Position numbers and translations under genes: made by a program | Assembly (NCBI RefSeq): GCF_018977255.1 | Contig: NW_024704742.1 | Coordinates: 51,648,001 to 51,712,000 of the forward strand | Direction of reading: 5' to 3' | Source: Callorhinchus milii | Taxonomy: Eukaryota | DNA length: 64,000 nt | The notes under the pieces: generated by a model | Told to the model about the DNA's origin: nothing | The model's database searches: none | Seen by the model: only the letters and a program-made list of their open reading frames with translations | Part shown: one piece after another, positions 1 through 11,850 of the stretch | How positions within the stretch are numbered: position 1 is the stretch's first letter | Layout: each line of letters opens with the position of its first letter

Positions 1-1385
1 AAAGTCTATTGACAGAAGTTCCACGTGATGTCCTTTGGACGTTTTGATCCCATCAAATGTGAAGAATATTATTGCGAAAAAACAGAAGTAAATGAAGTTC
101 TACACTTGCATAGATGATCCCCATATCTCACTAAAACTATACATCTAGCTCTGAGATCATTATCTAGTACTAGCTGCAACCATTGCAGCTTCGCTTGCAA
201 GCAAAGGATCCAATATGGAATGTAGATTGACACACAGACAGACATTTTGTCTTTATTTATATTCATCTGGGAGGACTCCTGTGGGAGAATTCCTTTTGGA
301 GGGATTCACTTGGAAGACTCAGCGCTTTAAAAATATAATTTTGTTGCTGTTACCGCAACTTAGCTTCGTCTGTGTTATTTTGTTCCCGTCGCTTGGCTAC
401 GTGCATGCTCTGTGAGGCAGCATGCCACAATGCCATGGCCAGTTTGTGCAACTATCAGGTGTAACTGCAGTGCGTACGTACATACGTAGGTGCTTTGTGA
501 CACATGATGCCACAGTACTACTTTGACTTAGCAGCCACCAGGTGTAACTGCAGTGAAAAATACAAAACCGAAAATAACTCATGAAGGATGGGAGATATTC
601 AAATATGCCCATGTCACTCCCAGTTCCAAGACTTTTTCATGAGATATAAATCATGTCTCTATGTCAATCGGTTATTGAGAACCTTCTTGAAGTACAGACA
701 GACATTGGTATAGAAGGTGAGTTTGGTATGGCTGAGTGAAAACTCTGCATGTAGACATATTACAGAGGATACCCAGAATTCCCTCCTTTTGAGAGATAAC
801 ATTTGTGTGCTTGTGTAAAGGCATTCCTCAATTGCATTCCTCAGCTGCAGGTACTAGAATATAGGTGACCAGGCATATTTTGCCTGATAGCTTCAAATGA
901 GTGGAGATGATGCATTCACAATAGAAAATACCCAGAAGTGAATACTGTATTGGATATCTTACTTTATTTTTAAAAATCTGTGATCACTATTTCTCTTGAA
1001 ATTAAAATCTACATCTCTGTTTCTCTTCCCTCCACCTCCATTCAGAAAATACACCCATGCATTCAGGAAGAAGTGATAAAAACACCATTTGTACTGGAAA
1101 ATAACTGAATGGTCAGAAGAGGTTGACTAAAGTGAAGATAATTCGGTTTTACCTCCAAAACAAGGCTATGGTACATCAGCAATGGAAACAGACAAGAAGT
1201 GGAAGTAGACAGGTAGCATGATCTCCAAAGCTTGGGATCTTTCAGCGTTTAAATACAAAAGAGTATAATTGATCTGTAATCTATTTATGTTTAAATAAGC
1301 CATATACTTGTGAAATGCATGTTCATGATCTCTTTCGTATCACACCATCTCAAAAAATTGAGAAAAATCTACCACAACCTATATA

Positions 1386-1708
1386 ATAATAAATAATATT
1401 CTTTGCATTTGATATAGCACTTTTCACATCTTCTAGACGTCGCAAAGCACTTTACAGAATATCCTGTAAAGTGAATTGACCATATATTTGTGGGTAAAAT
1501 ATGGGCACAAATACACAAGCCAATTGCGCACAGCAGTGTCCCACAAACAGTTGTGGATTGAAGTGACAGTTTATTATTTTCTTTCTTGAGGGATTATTAT
1601 CAGGCATGTGGAGTAAGGAAACTTGCCCACGGTTTAACTCTGCCGGGTGTCGAACCCAGGTCTTTTGCTTTTGAGGCGAGTGCTCTAACCATTGAGCTAC
1701 AGGACACC
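1386..1708 (-). mobile_element. tRNA-derived SINE (short form, older tail)
   Basis: Reverse complement begins GGTGTCCTGTAGCTCAATGGTTAGAGCACTCG (A box), has GGTTCGACACC (B box) and ends in a (TAT)n-type tail. It matches many other copies in the window. Confidence 0.9.
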
Positions 1709-1964
1709 ACAACCTAACCATGATATGTCATTTCAATGAACCCACAGCACTGCTTAAAGTCAGAAATAAATCTGATTACAGATTTTTCATTCATGGTAAT
1801 GCATTATTAATCATTTTCTAATGACAATTATAAACTACAAAAAAATTGTAAAATAGCAAAAGGTGTTTTGCATTTTTTTTTAAAAAAACTAACGCTGTTT
1901 GCTTGAGGTTTTGTTTTTAATACAGCAACTGGGTTTTTTTTTGGCTGTTATTCAAATTAACTCA

Positions 1965-2860
1965 ACTCCTATTCCAATGAGTGTTGGAGAGAGTTCAAAC
2001 ATTTTGTAATCCTAATCACACAAAGCAGGTAAAGTAAAAAAGAACAATGATCTAGTGAAATGGAGATGCTCAGCCTTCGGATGCAACAACTGTGGTTGAT
2101 GCCAGAACATCGCAGAGAATGCTCGGTTACCTTTCCTATCGTATGGCTTTCAAGTGAAATGATCAAGTGAAGTATAGGTTACTCTTGTGGTTCCAAAGAA
2201 GCTACAAAGTTATCATTGAATTAATTAAGTATTTTAAACCCCTTATGAAGGTGATCTCTGCCAATTTTGCGGCCTCATTGTGCACTAATTTCAATAGCTT
2301 GCACTCACAAGATGAGATCTCAAAATTCCAACTGTGTATACAGTACAGGCTGCTTTGTGTGGCTCTCCAGGAAGCTCTCCTGACAAACAAATGGGGTTGA
2401 GCAATAAAGGGCTCTACAATAACAGTTTACAGGCATCTGGTTTCATTCCCAGGATTATAAATCATCAGAACAGGACGCCTGACGCATAAGATAACACAGA
2501 TTACAAATTGTGGTGATCTGCAAACATATTGAAAAGGAGAGCACCCTCTATCCCAGGAGTCATTACATTATGTTGCACATTTAGAGAAGGCACACTTCAA
2601 TGGCAGGTAGTCAGTGATGAGGTGTGAGGCGAGAATAGCAAGGATTTAAGACTGGCAGATCCACAAAGTTAGGGGCAGGGAAAGAAGAGGAGAGGTCTCT
2701 GAGCTGGCAACAACGTGAAGGATTCCACAAGGGAAACATTTCTAAATGTAGTTAAAGAACGTGTAGAAGCTTTCTGCCTCTAACTCAGCTCAGTCACCCA
2801 TGATTGACCTGCTCCACATGAATATGAGAGAGATAATTCAATGTAACGAACATCAGAGCT
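1965..2860 (+). pseudogene. possible highly decayed hAT-family (ZNF862-like) transposase remnant
   Basis: Frame-broken motifs YSNECWREFK, then DATT-x-WL..EHRR, and later F.NVVK..LP.NSA, loosely resemble hAT SPKR.RE, TRW and C-terminal dimerisation motifs. The match is weak and by eye only. Confidence 0.3.
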
Positions 2861-5316
2861 TATAATATGGTGCTTTAATGTCAGTTTTATATAGCAAAAT
2901 ATCTCCCATACCTGGTCTTTCTCACCACATACATCACATAAAAAATTTAAAATCTACTCTACATTTTAATTGGCACAAAATAAGAGTGGTTCAGCACTCA
3001 GTGGTTGTGCTGACTAAACTATTCTTGACTTGATGTGAATGAAGCTTAGACTTCTTTAACTGATGATTGGACATTTTCAATGGTTACCACCATATCTGTG
3101 TACTTCTCTACACATCCTTCAAAGTCTGTAACCTGACAGCCACAATCGAAACGAATAGTACTCATCATCCAGAATTCATCTGTAGTTATAGGGTCCAATT
3201 TATCAAACGGTACAATGGCATACAGAGCTGCTTAAAACCAATGATCCTGAGTTCTGAACTCTAAGGGACCAGCCAAAATACAAGATTTAAGTGATCAATT
3301 AACTACAAACTCAGGAAAAAATGTCCTGTACTTTTCTAGCCTGCAACTATTAAATGTATTGATGCATCAATACTTGTGTCTTCTAGTAATGCATGTAATG
3401 TGCAGAATTTGTAATTTCCTGATCTTGACAAATGTACTATTGGACTAGCAATTTAGTTTCTGTAGTCCTGCACAAATAATATTCTGGCCATGATATACTG
3501 TATATGTTAAGTCTTAAATGCTTTATACCCCCTACAAGGACCTGGTACTCACCTGAAGTACTTTCCTCTTACTACAAAATTACTTGCACTTGTGTATGTC
3601 AATGCAACTGCTACATAAAATAAAACTACTTTTTTTCGAGCAACTAACTTTATTTTAATAAAAAAATTAATTTTGCATTTGTATAATAAACAAGCAAGTT
3701 CAAGGAATTGCATAAAAATGGTCACCACACAGGATTCCATTCTACCCAAGTATGCTTTGGTTTCTTACTACAGTTTAAGAAATCAATCCCTTCGAAACTC
3801 ATGTAATAGCTGTAGCCATCTTTTAATGCATTGCTTTGGGATATAATACATGGATGTTGTAAAGTACAAAAGGTTTGGGTCAATCTTATAGCCTCCAACC
3901 AGCAAATACCAGTCTACGCAAACCTACATTTACAAACCTATTTATCCGATGATAGCATTTTAAGAAATAAATATTAAGGCATGCATTTTGAAATCCATTT
4001 TCAGAAATTAATCAGTGTTCACTTGCACTGAAAAACAATTGGAGCTTGAATTTTTTTTCATTGTGCAACATATGATCCCACATTCATCTTTGTATGTATA
4101 TTGTGCTGTACATTTCTACAAACATGGGATTTTTTTCTGTGATAAAATAGTGAGAAGAAACCCAAACCCAGGTCATCTGTTGTTAGAACACCAAAGGCCA
4201 TAGCTCACAAATGATAAACGTTTTACTGAAGGATCACATATACGTTACCAGATAAGAACACCCACCAAATAATAAGATGTACATTTTTGCAGGAGGAATC
4301 AATATTAGTAACATTTTACACACTTGCAGGACTGTTCTGCTTCTTGATTCCTGTCTAAGAACCTGAAATATAGGGGCAAAAGGCACACAACTGAATTCCA
4401 TGCTTCTTACAAGTTCACTATCTAATTAAATAATTTTGCTGGAAATATTTTGGCAGGTATTTTTTGCCTTGCTTTTACGAAGGTAATAAAGAGAGGTACA
4501 TTGCAGTTTCGAAATCAAGATTCCTCAATCCAGTTTTCCGGCGATGGGGATAATTCAGAAACAAAATTCCTACAAATTCTATCTGATAATTATTTTTCCT
4601 TTTCGATTCAGCACCCATTACAAATATGTTATGCACGAATTGGCTCAGCATGTTGAAACTTTCTGAAAGTTGTATGCACATTACTAACCACAGGTATGCA
4701 CGGTGGCGAGGTGACCGAGACATCACCTGAAAAGCAGCACTGTACGTTCTTGGAAGATAACACATGAAACACAAGAAACACAAACCCCCCCTATATATAT
4801 ATATATATATTTAAAAAAACGTTCTGATAATAATGTGCAATAATTTTCGACAGGAAATCAATGTATCAATTGTGCTTCTACACGACCACGACTTGAGACA
4901 GTGGCAAGTCAGTTGGTTAACCCAAAACGAAAGGTTTCGGATCGAGATCAAGTGCAAAGAAAGATTCCTTTTGTTACCAATCGGATTTCTCAATCCAACT
5001 ACGGGACCGACATACTGCACACCCTCGGATAAATAATATCGAGTTCGGAGCGCGCAAGTGGAGTGGACACATTCTTTTTTTAAAAAAAATTAAAAACAAA
5101 AGCCGTCTCACAACATCAATGCCGACTTTTATTTTTTTAAAAAAAAAACAAGAAGTTACGTTTGACCAAAAATGCGTGTGCGTGTGGCAGGAGAACTAAC
5201 TCCATCCGCACCAGGTCTCGGGTTCCTGGACGATGATGATGGGCAGCGGTGCAGCAGCAGCTGCTGCGGGAAAAGCCACGTCCAGCGGCGAGTTGTGCCT
5301 GAACTGGACCAGGTCA

Positions 5317-5570
5317 GGGCTCCCAGTGCACACCCTGGGGGGGGGGGGGCTCCCTGTGCACACCCTGGGGGGGGGGGGCTCCCTGTGCACACCCTGGGGG
5401 GGGGGGGCTCCCTGTGCACACCCTGGGGGGGGCTCCCAGTGCACACCCTGGGGGGGGGCTCCCTGTGCACACCCTGGGGGGGGGGGGGCTCCCTGTGCAC
5501 ACCCTAGGGGGGGGGCTCCCTGTGCACACCCTGGTGGGGGGGGGGCTCCCTGTGCACACCCTGGGGGGGG
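5317..5570. repeat. G-rich minisatellite, 9 units of about 25-31 bp (Gn-CTCCC(T/A)GTGCACACCCT)
   Basis: Directly visible tandem units with variable G-run length, in USP46 intron 1. Confidence 0.95.
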
Positions 5571-5668
5571 TGTGGGGGGGGGGTGGGGTGGGGGTGGGTG
5601 TGTGTGTGTGTGTGGGGGGGGGTGGGCTCACTGACCCCCGAGCGTGTCCACGGTCCGTGTCTACTCAC

Positions 5669-5704
5669 CATATTACAAATGGAAGCGATGTTTCTGACAG
5701 TCAT
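5669..5704 (-). CDS. USP46: ubiquitin carboxyl-terminal hydrolase 46, first coding exon; I found no further exons, so the rest of the gene presumably lies left of the window
   Basis: 36 nt encode MTVRNIASICNM, identical to the recalled vertebrate USP46 N-terminus. A phase-0 donor ATG|GTGAGT follows at once (intron starts at 5668). CpG-rich context, and SNORA26 nearby as at the human locus. Confidence 0.95.
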
Positions 5705-5962
5705 TAGTTTGCAGGCTGGGGTTCCTCCGCCATCTTTACGAAAATATTATAACGGGGAGAGGGAGTGGGTGGGGTTGGGGTTGGGGGGGAGCAGTGGGGG
5801 GGGGAGGGGGAGGTGACCGGCACAGGGCCGCCCGCCCGCCCGCCCGCCCGCTCGGCCTGAGGTAAACAAAGCGCTGGAGGGCCCCCGTTACACCTTCACT
5901 CTCCGGGAACCAGGAGCTGTCAGGGCCCCAATACACTGCCAACTGCAGCCCCCAACCCGAGA

Positions 5963-6692
5963 CCCTCCCTCACTGCCTCCCTCCCTCCCTCCCTCCCTCT
6001 CACACTCCCTCACTCACTCACTGCCTCCCTCCCTCTCACACTCCCTCACTGCCTCTCACACTCCCTCACTGCCTCCCACACTCCCTCCCTCCCTCTCACA
6101 CTCCCTCACTCACTCACTGCCTCCCTCTGTCCCTCTCACACTCCCTCCCTCCCTCTCACACTCCCTCCTTCCTTCCCTCCCTCTCACACTCCCTCCTTCC
6201 TTCCCTCCCTCACACTCCCTCACTCACTCCCTCCCTCTCACACTCCCTCCTTCCTTCCCTCCCTCTCACACTCCCTCCTTCCTTCCCTCCCTCACACTCC
6301 CTCACTCACTCCCTCCCTCTCACACTCCCTCCTTCCTTCCCTCCCTCTCACACTCCCTCCTTCCCTCCCTCCCTCACACTCCCTCCCCCTCCCTCCCTCT
6401 CACACTCCCTCCTTCCCTCCCTCCCTCTCACACTCCCTCCTTCCTTCCCTCCCTCACACTCCCTCACTCACTCCCTCCCTCTCACACTCCCTCCTTCCTT
6501 CCCTCCCTCTCACACTCCCTCCTTCCTTCCCTCCCTCACACTCCCTCACTCACTCCCTCCCTCTCACACTCCCTCCTTCCTTCCCTCCCTCTCACACTCC
6601 CTCACTCCCTCCCTCCCTCTCACACTCACTCCCTCCCTCACACTCCCTCCTTCCTTCCCTCCCTCCCACTCGCACACTCCCTCCCTCCCCTC
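5963..6692. repeat. pyrimidine-rich compound microsatellite (CCCT/CACT/CCTT)n, about 730 bp
   Basis: The plus strand is almost G-free and made of CCCT, CTCACACT and CCTT units. Confidence 0.95.
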
Positions 6693-6705
6693 ACTCTGCA
6701 CACAC

Positions 6706-6780
6706 GGGTAGGTTATCACGGTGCCCGGACTTGCCCAGTTCGCCGACTGTCCGCTTTAAACCCATAATGGCGTTCCCCAT
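6706..6780 (-). CDS. candidate alternative first coding exon of USP46 (MGNAIMGLKRTVGELGKSGHRDNLP)
   Basis: ATG with G at +4, then 25 codons of non-repetitive sequence and CCC|GTGTGT, a phase-0 donor compatible with USP46 exon 2. GC and CCAAT boxes lie upstream. There is no transcript evidence. Confidence 0.45.
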
Positions 6781-7716
6781 GTAAAGCAGCGGCGACCAGT
6801 GACCGACCGAGTGACCGACTGACTGACTGAGTGAGTGACTGAGGGACCTCCCCCTCCCCCCCCCCCCCGCAGCCGCCGCCCCCACGTCTCGCACAGCCGC
6901 CGCTGACAGCTGAGCGCCGGGGGGGCGGGGTCGGGCCTGACAGACAGACCCGCCGCCCATACACAGCGCTCCGACACCTGTCCATCAACCTCGACCCAGC
7001 AGAGCCTGACCAATCGGCTCGTGTGGGCGGGACTGGTCCCGGGCTCGGTCATGGTTGCTCTCCCTCCCTCCCTCCCAAGTCACCAGCACTGGGTTCAAAG
7101 GGATGGGTTTTCTCTCTCTCTCTCTCAGAGGCGGGGGGTGGTGGGGGGTTATATAGGGAGTGTTACGTTTGCAAAAAATTCAAGGTCAGTTGTTTGGCAA
7201 AATCTCTAAACGTGCGTTAGGTTATATTCCATAATAAAGGCATTTTTCCACTTCTGCTCCCTCCCTCCCTCCCTCTCTCTCTCTCTCTCCAGTTTAAAGC
7301 ACCCTGAGATGTGAGGGGCCAGGCAGACAACTGATTTTAATCGCTCACTTTAGGCTTCTGCAAATATTTACAGTCGTGAAGGGAAAAAAAGGGATCCTGG
7401 TTGAAGGTGTCGATTAAAAGCCACTGGAACTCAAATTGGGGTTGACCTTAAATGCTGTGGCATCTTGCGGCGCAATGTGCTCTGTGCATTCCATGTTTCG
7501 GATTACTCGCGAATGCGTTGAGTAATGTCCCTCAAGTAGCAACATACACCGAATGCTTCATTGCTGATCCATCGATGGGAAAATTGCAATGGTGCACACA
7601 GGACACGTCACGCAGAGGCTCATTATCACAGGAGTCCACCGGGAGACATTGTCTCCAAAGTTGGAGCATGAAGCATCCAGGGAGGAGAGGGTAACTTGCC
7701 AACAGCTGACACACTG

Positions 7717-7776
7717 ACAACACCAACAACAAGATTCCATTTATAGAGCGCCTTTCACGTCGGGAGGACGTCCCGA
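7717..7776 (-). mobile_element. L2 LINE 3' tail fragment
   Basis: Reverse complement reads GGGACGTCCTCCCGACGTGAAAGGCGCTCTATAAATGGAATCTTGTTGTTG, the same tail as the L2 ending at 20149. Confidence 0.85.
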
Positions 7777-7798
7777 CGTCAGTGCCCTTCACTCGCTG

Positions 7799-7832
7799 TA
7801 TAAATGCTACACGTCAGTGACCCGGTCACTTC
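7799..7832 (+). promoter_or_regulatory. candidate TATA + Inr core promoter, divergent from USP46
   Basis: TATAAAT at 7799-7805, and Inr-consensus TCACTTC whose A (7828) is 29 nt downstream of the first T. Confidence 0.35.
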
Positions 7833-8230
7833 GTCCTTTCGGTTTTCTCTCCCCACCCCCAAGGAAAGCCCGGCTTCTGTTACAGCGCCCTTCTCCACAG
7901 GCAAGTGCCACTACATGATTGAGAACTCAACACAGGGGAGAGAGAGAGGGGGAGAAGGTCAAATCTCGATCCCTTCATCTATTGGTCGACCTTGCCGTAA
8001 TCAAGAGCATTAGAGGTTCAGTAAACGCCTGGTAGTCAGGGAAAGTTAAATCATAACATTTAAAACGATTCGCAAAAATTGTTCAGATGCTATTCTACAT
8101 TCAGTTTCAACAACGACAACTTACATTTATTTTGCGCCCTGGGGTAGTGTCCCGGAGCGCTTGACAGTGATGTAGTCTGACCCAGAGCCAGCGGGACCGG
8201 GCAGGGGGGAGGTGACTGTAAGCAGGATCA

Positions 8231-8551
8231 AAAATAATAATAATAATCCTTGCATTTGATATAGCGCTTTTCACGTCTTCTAGATGTCCCAAAGCGCTTC
8301 ACAGAATATGCTGTAAAGTGAATTGACTGTATATTTGTGGGCAAACGCGGCAGCCAATTGTGCACAGCAATGTCCCACAAACAGTCATAGATTGAAAATG
8401 ACCAATTTATTATTGTTTTTGGTTTTGGAGGGATTATTATTAGGCTCTGTGTGGAGTAAGGAAACTTGCCCAAGGTTTCGCCCTGCCTGGAATTGAACTC
8501 AGGTCTCTCACTTGCAAAGCGAATGCTCTAACCACTGAGCTACAGGACTCC
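8231..8551 (-). mobile_element. tRNA-Ala-derived SINE (short form, older tail)
   Basis: GGAGTCCTGTAGCTCAGTGGTTAGAGCA head, TTTGCAA anticodon-like loop and (TAT)n tail. Confidence 0.93.
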
Positions 8552-8862
8552 AAAAAGGAAGGTCTTTAGGTAGGATCTGAAAATGAGGAGGGAGGAGACA
8601 AGGCAGAGGGATTGAGGGAGAGAGTTCCAGAGCTTCGAGACGTAGTGGCTGAAGACATGGTTACTGATGGTGGAGTAGGGGGTACAAAGGATAAACAGGA
8701 AGCTGGAGCCGGCCGAGGGGAGGCAGTGGGTGGTGGAATGTGGGATAAGCAAATTGGATAGGTAGGGAAGTGCGAGGGCATTAAGGGATTTGAAAACGAA
8801 TGAGAGGATCTTGAAATTGATCCATTTGGTAATTGGGAGCCAGTGGAGGCTGGGCTTCATCT
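8552..8862 (-). mobile_element. L2 LINE ORF2 C-terminal fragment
   Basis: Translates as LHWLPITKWINFKIL..FKSLN.LA.PYLS.L...KLWNSLP, the typical L2 ORF2 C-terminus. Confidence 0.85.
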
Positions 8863-8889
8863 AGGTGATGGTGGGGGTGAAAGGGAGGA

Positions 8890-9180
8890 GGGAGGAGGGG
8901 CATAGTCTTAAAATTAGTACCAGGCCATTTAAGAGTGAAATCGGGAACCATTTTTTCACTCAAAGGATGGTAGAAATTTGGAATTCTCTCCCCCAAAAGG
9001 CTGCGGATGCTGGATTCATCAACACTTCAAGAGTGAGGTTGATAGATTTATGGTAGGTCAGGGTATCTGGGGAGAAAGTGGAAAAATTGAATTGACAGCA
9101 TTAGTTGAGGTACAGATCATCCATGATCTAATTGAGTGAAGGAACAGGTTCAGAAGGTTGAATGTCCTACTCCTGTTCTT
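8890..9180 (+). mobile_element. CR1 LINE 3' fragment
   Basis: Translates as GHSLK...FFTQRMVEIWNSLP, followed by a CR1-type 3' UTR ending in CCTACTCCTGTTC. Confidence 0.85.
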
Positions 9181-9181
9181 T

Positions 9182-9900
9182 TGTCCGACCCAACTGTCCA
9201 GCGCCTTGGGACGTCCTCCCGACGTGAAAGGCACTCTATAAATGAAATGTTGTTGTTGTTGTTGTTGTTGTATGGTCCTATGAGAGATGGGAGCAAACAA
9301 CATCAACAACAAAATTACATTTATAGAACGCCTTTCACATCGGGAGGACATCCCAAAGCGCTGGAAGGAGTGTAGGTTTGGAGGCCGTGGTAGGAGGAGA
9401 GGGTGGTGAAGGAGGAATGGGTGGTAGGCAACATGTGGGGGAGTAGGAGGCAACTAAGCAGATGCTATCTATCTTAGAGATAAAGAAGTCCAGGACCTCT
9501 TCTCACTTTGCGTTAGAAGTGAGGATCGAGCATACTTGAGAAGGGGTGTGGAGGAGGTCCTGGGTAGTGGAGAACATGATTTTGGAGTTTTTGATCTCGA
9601 GAATGACCTGAGAGTAAAAAATGGTTTTGGCTTGGGAGAGGGAGTGACGGTAGGTATGAAGATACTCGAGCCACAGTTGGCAGTAAATCGTGAGGCCAGT
9701 TTGTGCTCGAGCAACCGGGTTTAGGATTTGGGAGAGTGGAGATGACTGTTCTACCATTGTACTGGGGGAGTGGGTAGGCTTGGAGACGGACCTGGTTTAC
9801 AGAGGGTCGAAGGAATTGAAAGTTGAGGAGAGGTGATCGTTTAGCAGCTTGACAGCTGCTTCTGGATCACTGCGGGCAGAGGGAGAGAATGTCCGAGGAT
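9182..9900. mobile_element. cluster of L2 fragments (plus-strand tail 9182-9270, minus-strand tail 9295-9430, minus-strand internal piece 9470-9900)
   Basis: (TTG)n and (CAA)n tails with the L2 stem-loop. The internal piece encodes W..TGL.I....W.EYL..Y...L..AK..FYS..I. Confidence 0.75.
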
Positions 9901-10594
9901 GAGTGGACGTTTGCGACGTCACTGTCAAGTGGGGTTTTATTGGAAGTTATCACAGTCCTAGAGAATGTTTTACTCAGTGACTTTGCCAGCATTTGATGCA
10001 TCAAATACAAATTGTATCCCAGTCCCTATCCCTCTCCCAATTATAAGCTTAAAATCTAGCATGATCAATAAAGTGGGGAGAGGATAGAAAGGATGCAAAC
10101 CAGATATCAATGGAACAAAGATCAGCCTGGCTTAGTCAATAGTGTGCTTGTCTCTGAATCAGAAGGTTGTAGATTCAAACCCCACTGTTTGTATGTCCAC
10201 ATCCCTGACCAGGGACATCCTTGGGACAAAATGCTGATTTTAGAGTATATCCTGTGAAGTGTTTTGAGACATCTCTCTGATGTGAAAGTGTTATTATCAA
10301 ATGGAAGGACTTTTATTATTTCTTTGAAAATATCATGATAGGATGGAAAACTATGTAGCTATCGCTGTAGGAGTTAAAAATTAATTCAATAAATATTCAT
10401 AGCACACCACATGATTTCTTCTGAGCATGTAATACAATTGCTGCTGTCATCTTTATAATGGCTTCTAAATTGTTTCTAATTTCTTTTTTGTTATGTAAAT
10501 ATCTTAAATCCTAGTTTGTACCAACAATATTAACAGATACACAGTACTGAGTTTATACTGTAGTGGGTAAATGGGGAAATAAAAGTAGAAATTA

Positions 10595-10762
10595 GACAAA
10601 CAAAAACAATAATAATTGGTCATTTTCAATCTACGACTGTTTTTGGGACATTGCTGTGCGCAATTGGCTGCCGCGTTTGCCCACAAATATACAGTCAATT
10701 CACTTTACAGTGTGTTCTGTGAAGCATTTTGGGACGTCCTCCCGACGTGAAAAGCGCTATAT
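10595..10762 (+). mobile_element. truncated young SINE (L2-matching tail)
   Basis: 3' half of the SINE ending GGGACGTCCTCCCGACGTGAAAAGCGCTATATC. Confidence 0.85.
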
Positions 10763-11199
10763 CCTGTAGTGCCTCCCTCAGGCTATCCATTTGTTCCACC
10801 TGGACAGGTAATTTGATCTATCCCTGAGTGGGAGAGACGCTCCTTCAGGCCACAAAACTAGTGCTGTGAGTGGAGATCACGACTCTCCCTACTTTCCCAA
10901 GAACCGGTGTTGATCCCAGAAGGATCCCGAGGTATTGGAGGTAGCAAACTGTCGGTGACCCAACTGCTCCCATTGCTGGATCCCAGTTCAACCATTCCAC
11001 GACCACTTGTTTTGCACTGTTGTCGAATTGTGTCAGTTGACCTTTCTGCTTGTCAATCCTGCCTTTTCCGGATTCATGCTACAATGCTATTCTTGCTACT
11101 GCAAGAAGAGAATCACTCAAGTGCACAGCCTGGGAATATTTGACACTCCAAAACTGGAACAAAGATATTTTGTTTTTTCTGTTCTAAAACCATTACTAC

Positions 11200-11535
11200 A
11201 TCTGTCAATGCTGATATCCAATATAGTGCGGGGGAGGTGCCATCCTTCAGATGAGACATTAAACTAAGATCCCATCTGCCTGTCCAGGTGGACATTAAAA
11301 ATCCCGTGGCACTATTTGAAAAGAGAAAGTAAATTCATCCTGGCCAACAATCCCTCAAATAACATTAGTCATTCACTCGATGACTGTTTGTGGGACACTG
11401 CTGGGCACAAACTGACTACCCCGTTCACCCACAAAATACACAATGAATCCATTTTACATATATTCTGTGAAGTGCTTTGAGACATCTCAAAGATGTGAAA
11501 CATGCAAAGATTAAAAATCAAATGCCAAGATTGTT
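11200..11535 (+). mobile_element. Deu-domain SINE (SacSINE1/AmnSINE1-like)
   Basis: GGAGGTGCCATCCTTCAGATGAGACATTAAAC...CAGGTGGACATTAAAAATCCCGTGGCACTATTTG matches the recalled Deu core. Confidence 0.7.
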
Positions 11536-11850
11536 ATAGCATTCATGTTGTAAGAATTCTTCAATTCCTCAAACCTCTAACTTTCATTGTCTACTTTACT
11601 CTGCAAACCCCACAATTCACTCTGCCTCTACCACCTTACATGGCAGGGGATTTCACTTCCAAACAATTCTCTGCTAATAAAATCATATGATAAGTTATCT
11701 AATTTCAACCATGGCTTTATAACTGGTCTTAGTGCACCCAGATAAAGGAATGGCAAAGATCACTCAAAACTCTATCCAGAGATATGCACATCAATAGCTC
11801 ACAAGTCACCTCTGCAACAGTTAACAGATGAGCTGAGTGTACGTGTTTGT

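Larger units (their letters stand above)
5705..7060 (-). promoter_or_regulatory. USP46 5' UTR / CpG-rich promoter region
   Basis: CpG-rich sequence with (CCGC)n at about 5828-5850, GC boxes at about 6919-6930, 6950-6958 and 7024-7031, and CCAAT at about 7010, upstream of the USP46 ATG. Confidence 0.65.

Noticed and set aside
3553..3610. Minus-strand AG...CAG|GTGAGT cassette in USP46 intron 1
   Set aside because: At 55 or 58 nt it would shift the frame, and it is unlike USP46 exon 2 (GTNASALEK). There is no support beyond the splice motifs.
5317..5570. CRISPR-like regularly spaced repeat
   Set aside because: The spacers are only G runs, there are no cas genes, and the context is a vertebrate intron.
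5156..5707. Multiple Pro/Gly-rich ORFs, also at 23854-24544 and 58510-59719
   Set aside because: They are translations of stop-poor minisatellite and low-complexity DNA that is open in many frames.
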